Assembly: GCA_042577545.1 (NCBI GenBank)
Contig: JBHPDT010000002.1
Coordinates: forward strand, 1,574-65,573
Source of the DNA: Candidatus Omnitrophota bacterium
GTDB taxonomy: Bacteria > Omnitrophota > Gorgyraeia > JABMRG01
Reading direction: 5' to 3'
Length of the DNA stretch: 64,000 bases
Shown: one piece after another, positions 59,345 through 64,000 of the stretch
Numbering within the stretch: position 1 is the stretch's first letter
How the letters are laid out: each line of letters opens with the position of its first letter
Notes under the pieces: generated by a model
Seen by the model: the letters and a program-made list of their open reading frames with translations, nothing else
Database searches by the model: none
What the model was told of the DNA's origin: nothing
Position numbers and translations under genes: made by a program

Positions 59345-60841
59345 TCACGGCTTGATGTTTATATCTTCCACATGGAGCTTATCATCTGAAACGACTGTTA
59401 TGCGCCTATTAAAGGCCCGTCGCAGGAAGTTCAGGGCCGGGGCATCTTCGTTTACAAGTCTTTGCGCAACATAGGGATGCACCAATAGCTCAACAGCTAC
59501 TTTCTTTGCGCGGGAGCTCTTTAAAAAGGTTTTGAGTTTTCTTAACGCGACTATCGCCATAGTGTCTGCTGATTTTACCAGCCCCTTGCCGTCACAATAA
59601 GGGCAATTTCTATAAGAGGCGCTCTCAAGACTGCGCCGCACTCTCTGCCTTGTCATCTCAACAATATCGAGCTCAGAGAGAGAAATAATCTGAGTCTTTG
59701 CGCGGTCTTTCTTAAGGCTTTCTTGCAATAAAGAAAACAGTTGCTTGCGATGAGGCTGTATCTCCATATCTATGAAATCTATTATAACTATACCGCCTAT
59801 ATCGCGAAGCCTAAGCTGCCTTGCAACCTCCTCCGCCGCTTCTAAATTGACCTTAAAAACAGTATCCTCAAGATTCTTCTTTCCTGTAAATTTTCCACTA
59901 TTTACATCAATGGCTATCATGCCCTCTGTCTGCTCAATAGTAATATATCCTCCACATTTCAGATATATCTTTCGCTCAAAGAGCTTGTCTATCTCCTTCT
60001 CTATATTGAATTTCTCAAAAAGAGGTATATCCTCCTTATGAAAAAAAAGGTTTTTTTTCAACTTACCGTCAATTCTGCTGATAAAATGTCTTAGTCTCTT
60101 GAATTCCTGCTTATCATCTACAATGACTTTCGAATTCTCATCACCTAAAAAATCCCTTATAACCTTTGAGGCCATATCGAGCTCCTCAAATACTAAATAT
60201 GGCGGCCCGCTCTTCTTTGCCAACTTATTGATCTTACTATAAGTATCTTTTAGGTAACTGAGATCCTTAACAAGGTCCCTCTTGGTACACCCCTCTGCGG
60301 CGGTTCTTGCCACTAAACCCATATTTTCGGGTAATTTCATCTCGCGTATAATAGCCTTGATCCTTCGCCTCTCTTCATCGTCTTTAATCCTGCGCGAAAC
60401 ACCCACACGCTTAGACATAGGCATAAGAACCAAATATCTACCAGGTAAAGAGATGTTGGTATTAAGCCGGGCCCCTTTTGTGCCAATCTCCGATTTTGTT
60501 ACCTGAACCAGAATCTCCTGATCCTTCTTAAGAATATCGCTTATCTTCTGGTTAGAGTCATCACGTTTTCCACTGTTTTTTGGGTAGAAAAATCCAACAT
60601 CATCATCATCCACCGCCGTTGCGGTTATATCTGATACATATAAGAATCCGTTCTTCTCAAGACCGCAATCAATAAATGAGGCCCCCATACCGTCTAATAC
60701 GGAACTGACCTTTCCTTTATAGATATTTCCCACAATACTCCTACCGGACATCCTCTCAACAAAATACCATTCGAGCTTCTTTGAGCGAAGGATCGCAACC
60801 CTTCTCTCCCCAGCTTCTATGTTTATCAATATCTCTTGCAT
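59345..60841 (-). CDS. rng: Ribonuclease G (Rne/Rng family)
   Basis: GNIYKGKV S1 domain, AIDVNSG, RLRDIGGIVIIDFIDM, EMTRQR, CPYCDG. Confidence 0.93.
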   Translation of the reverse strand: MQEILINIEAGERRVAILRSKKLEWYFVERMSGRSIVGNIYKGKVSSVLDGMGASFIDCGLEKNGFLYVSDITATAVDDDDVGFFYPKNSGKRDDSNQKISDILKKDQEILVQVTKSEIGTKGARLNTNISLPGRYLVLMPMSKRVGVSRRIKDDEERRRIKAIIREMKLPENMGLVARTAAEGCTKRDLVKDLSYLKDTYSKINKLAKKSGPPYLVFEELDMASKVIRDFLGDENSKVIVDDKQEFKRLRHFISRIDGKLKKNLFFHKEDIPLFEKFNIEKEIDKLFERKIYLKCGGYITIEQTEGMIAIDVNSGKFTGKKNLEDTVFKVNLEAAEEVARQLRLRDIGGIVIIDFIDMEIQPHRKQLFSLLQESLKKDRAKTQIISLSELDIVEMTRQRVRRSLESASYRNCPYCDGKGLVKSADTMAIVALRKLKTFLKSSRAKKVAVELLVHPYVAQRLVNEDAPALNFLRRAFNRRITVVSDDKLHVEDINIKP

Positions 60842-60842
60842 C

Positions 60843-61151
60843 TTACGCTTTCACCTCTGCTTTCTCAATGTATATGCCCTCAGGCAATTCTATTTGCAGG
60901 CGCTTCTTGAATTCATTGGGGTCGATATGCTCAAGTAATACAAATTCCGCTTCAAGACCCTTGCCTTCCAATCCAAGTTTAATCGCCTCTCTAATCCTTA
61001 TAATAGGTCGGGGGCTGAATCCCTTGCTAAAATATAGCTTAAAATCCGCTCTGCGTATAGCCCTTGAAAAAAGTCTCATTAGATCAAGGTGAGATATAAA
61101 ACGCATCCAATTTTTTTTGTTAAAATCGATGCTATAGGTAACTTTATCCAT
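60843..61151 (-). CDS. Radical-SAM-linked protein (DUF2344-like), short form
   Basis: RFISHLDLMRLFSRAIRRA..FSKGFSPRP; start uncertain (61151 or 61181). Confidence 0.75.
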   Translation of the reverse strand: MDKVTYSIDFNKKNWMRFISHLDLMRLFSRAIRRADFKLYFSKGFSPRPIIRIREAIKLGLEGKGLEAEFVLLEHIDPNEFKKRLQIELPEGIYIEKAEVKA

Positions 61152-61226
61152 TATATATAAATTTCTTAAGCAAATATTCACAGGGGGGGGTATTATTTAA
61201 ACAAGAAATATATGCCAAAATATATG

Positions 61227-62738
61227 TTAATTATTAAACTCTAATCCCTCTGTATCTCTTATGGTCTTTCTCGCTGTCGTATCCATTAACTCTTTATCGT
61301 CCTGGTCCTCTTTTACCATTCTAACTGTCACAAATATCATAAGATCTGTGGTCTCTATATCATCTTCTGTCTTTGTAAATAACTGGCCTAGTATCGGTAT
61401 ATCCCCGAGGAAAGGAACCTTATTCTCATATTTTGAAGTTGTCTCATGTATAAGCCCGCCTATAACAATGGTCTGGCCATCCTTTGCCATAACCTGAGTC
61501 TCCGCCTTTCTCGTTGTAAAACGAGGCGCTAAGATAGTATTGGCGCCGGTACCAAAAGTGTCAAATTGTATAAAAGCGCTCACTTCTGGTTTTAATGTCA
61601 CGACAATATCTCCAGCCTCATTTACGTGCGGCGTAACAGTAAGTATAATACCAATATCCTTTTCAGTATAACCTGTTACCTCCATACTGCCGGTCTCCTC
61701 ATTTCTCTCATAAGTAGGTATATTAAAAACCGTTGAGACTGTGACCTTGGCCTCCTGATTATCTAATGTTGTTATTGAGGGATTTGCTATTACCTTTGTG
61801 TCTGTCCTTGTCCTTAAAATTTCCATCACCGCGCTAACTGAAGTAAAATCGAGTGTACCAAATGTAAACGCGCTCGCGTCAACCGTTGGAAATGCTGGTA
61901 AATTTGTAATAGGAAATGGTGGATCAGAATCAGGGTTACCAACCGGCAGATAGTGGCCAAACCTCTCTAAATAATCTCCATTACCTCTACTTCTTGAGAA
62001 TGGAGATCTCTGTCTCTCAAAAGGCATTGTAGTCGGCTGCGCCGAGCCTGAGGCGCTAATCTCCATCGTCCAATCTATTCCCAGATCATCATCTTTATCT
62101 AAGGTGGTCTCAATGATCTTCGCCTCTATCAAAACCTGAGGAGTTCTTCTATCCAGCCGGCCTATAACCTCTCTTACCTTATACAGATTTGTGGGTATAT
62201 CAGTAATAATTACCGTATTTGTGCGCTCATCATACTTTATCTTACCACGCTCACTAAGCGTATCTTTTACCGCCTCAGCAACATCCTTTGCTTGAGAATA
62301 GTTTAATATAAATACCTCATTCTGCAACTCTTCCTCAGCGACACTTGATATAGTAATTACCCTGATAATATTTCCCATCTTCTCAAAGGAGAGACCCTGG
62401 TTCTTCAATATAACCTCAAGAGCTGTCTCCCAGGGAACATCTATCAGTCGTATGCTTACCGCACCCTCTACATCGCTTGAGGCGACAATATTCGCCCCGC
62501 TCTTGACCGACAGAGTATGCAACACCGTCCTGATATCCGCATCCTTAAATATCAAGGTCACGCGCCCGGTCTTCTCTTCTGCCTCCTGGGCGTCTGTCGC
62601 GGCTTCATCAGGCGATATCTCCTTAGATGTTGATTCACCCGCCGGTCCAATGACACCTGCTGTCTGGCCAAAAGAGTAGGAGTTCAAATTAAGAACAAAA
62701 ATCAATATAATAAAAAATACAATTCCTTTTACCTTCAT
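61227..62738 (-). CDS. pilQ: Type IV pilus secretin
   Basis: FKDADIR, DVPW, DERTN, PQVLIEAKI, VTPHVN, IVIGGL, KVPFLGDIPILG. Confidence 0.88.
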   Translation of the reverse strand: MKVKGIVFFIILIFVLNLNSYSFGQTAGVIGPAGESTSKEISPDEAATDAQEAEEKTGRVTLIFKDADIRTVLHTLSVKSGANIVASSDVEGAVSIRLIDVPWETALEVILKNQGLSFEKMGNIIRVITISSVAEEELQNEVFILNYSQAKDVAEAVKDTLSERGKIKYDERTNTVIITDIPTNLYKVREVIGRLDRRTPQVLIEAKIIETTLDKDDDLGIDWTMEISASGSAQPTTMPFERQRSPFSRSRGNGDYLERFGHYLPVGNPDSDPPFPITNLPAFPTVDASAFTFGTLDFTSVSAVMEILRTRTDTKVIANPSITTLDNQEAKVTVSTVFNIPTYERNEETGSMEVTGYTEKDIGIILTVTPHVNEAGDIVVTLKPEVSAFIQFDTFGTGANTILAPRFTTRKAETQVMAKDGQTIVIGGLIHETTSKYENKVPFLGDIPILGQLFTKTEDDIETTDLMIFVTVRMVKEDQDDKELMDTTARKTIRDTEGLEFNN

Positions 62739-63106
62739 TTATCCTCTCCTTTAAGTTTGAAGACATACTCTTCATCTTTGTATAAAAAAATTACACTTTC
62801 ACTCTCTATCTTTTTAATTGTTATTGTTCCTATGGTATCGTTCTCTTTTACAATAAGATCGTTAACAATCGCCACAGAATCGCCTTTAGGGTCATATATT
62901 ATACCTTCAAGAAAAATATCATTTACTGTGCTTATAGCTCCGTGAGTAACAACAAGTTTTCCATCTTTGCTCGCCAAAGGAACAAAGGGATCTCTGGCGC
63001 CCTTACTCTTATAAATAAAATCTTGGGCCAGAACATAGATTGGAGATAACCCTAAGAGAAATGATATAACACAAATGATGAGAATTATATTAAGAAATTT
63101 TGTCAT
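62735..63106 (-). CDS. PilP-like protein
   Basis: Signal peptide and RDPF motif; lies between pilO and pilQ. Confidence 0.65.
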   Translation of the reverse strand: MTKFLNIILIICVISFLLGLSPIYVLAQDFIYKSKGARDPFVPLASKDGKLVVTHGAISTVNDIFLEGIIYDPKGDSVAIVNDLIVKENDTIGTITIKKIESESVIFLYKDEEYVFKLKGEDK

Positions 63107-63693
63107 ACCTTCGCATCCTCTTGGCTGGAGATTACATATGTATTAATTAGTATATATGATGAATGCTCCATAATGCTCTTCGGATCATTTGCGATCTTTA
63201 TATCTGTAACCCGCATAAATGTATCCGCGTTCTCTAGCTTATTTAAGAAGGTGCTTAACTGATGATAACCGCACTTCGCGTTTATAGATATCGGAAACTT
63301 CTGATACGCGCTGATTGAATTACTCTGCTGACTATTCGTAACCGCTGGGTGAGGTTTGATAGATAATATCTTTACACCAGAGTTCTGAGCCATCTGAGAA
63401 AGACGTTTCAGAAGAGCTGAAATCTGCCGCTCAGTAGAAAACCTCTTCTTATGCGAGGATAATCTCCCGCTAAGATCTTTGATCTGGGATTCATATCTAG
63501 GCTTATTAGCAATAGCTATATTTGCGGAATTCAACTGTCTCTGCAGATCTCTAACCTTAGGCACTGTATCTTTAAGCGAACTGATCGTAGGTTTGATAAA
63601 AAGATTAAAGTTAGCGATCAACAAACATAGAGTGATAACACCATATATAACAAGCTTCTGGTTCTTAATTATTTCCTGTTTCCAGTTTTTCAA
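63103..63693 (-). CDS. pilO: Type IV pilus assembly protein PilO
   Basis: TM plus coiled coil; LL..LS.MA..SGV, GYHQL..FL..LE; TTG start after GGAG. Confidence 0.8.
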   Translation of the reverse strand: MKNWKQEIIKNQKLVIYGVITLCLLIANFNLFIKPTISSLKDTVPKVRDLQRQLNSANIAIANKPRYESQIKDLSGRLSSHKKRFSTERQISALLKRLSQMAQNSGVKILSIKPHPAVTNSQQSNSISAYQKFPISINAKCGYHQLSTFLNKLENADTFMRVTDIKIANDPKSIMEHSSYILINTYVISSQEDAKV

Positions 63694-64000
63694 AATAACT
63701 CCTTCCACTCTGGAAATAGCATACAATTGTAAAATCCATCACATCTGAACTGCCAAGCGCCCTTCTTTGTATTGACGAAAGTTTTATATCCTCAAAATCA
63801 CCAAAAAAGCCTTCATCACTTCTTAATGATTCTATGAACTTACCAACAACCGCTGTCTCCTCTCCAGGGTTGGGAGAGACCGCTGTCCCCTTCAGGATGA
63901 GTATCTGCTTATCCTGCGGAGGTGTTGCGCCAACAATGCTGCGATTGAACAACTTGGCTTTTACTACCTCAAGGCCGACCGATAACGAAGTCAACCATAC
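63665..64000 (-). CDS. PilN-like protein, C-terminal part (5' end outside the window)
   Basis: LKGTA...V.KFIESL...F pattern and position upstream of pilO. Confidence 0.65.
   Translation of the reverse strand, partial: VWLTSLSVGLEVVKAKLFNRSIVGATPPQDKQILILKGTAVSPNPGEETAVVGKFIESLRSDEGFFGDFEDIKLSSIQRRALGSSDVMDFTIVCYFQSGRSYFEKLETGNN

Overview
About 40% GC bacterial chromosome segment with almost all genes on the minus strand. Gene content and the giant protein suggest Candidatus Omnitrophota or a relative (inference, not tested). Left to right: a truncated signal-peptide protein and a HEPN/MNT pair; a 25-kb nitrogen-assimilation cluster (gdhA, nfnAB, two glnA, gltBD, glnK, amtB, porin, ECF sigma) punctuated by ANTAR-like attenuators and interrupted by glycosylation genes and a frameshifted pilin; a 3314-aa secreted giant protein; an IS110/IS1111 element; and housekeeping genes (rpoD, dnaG, HD-GYP pair, Mg transporters, nadD, proAB, obgE, rpmA, rplU, rng, pilQPON). 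Best candidate for a new system: the giant protein looks like a polyprotein whose modules are separated by seven K-[PAS]-S-S-A-G motifs. One module fuses an 18-copy, 31-aa TALE-like repeat array with hypervariable positions to a sigma-70 region 2-3-like domain lacking region 4. The IS1111 bridge RNA guides, core, ends and target can all be read from the sequence. All family assignments come from motif recognition by eye; no searches were run.
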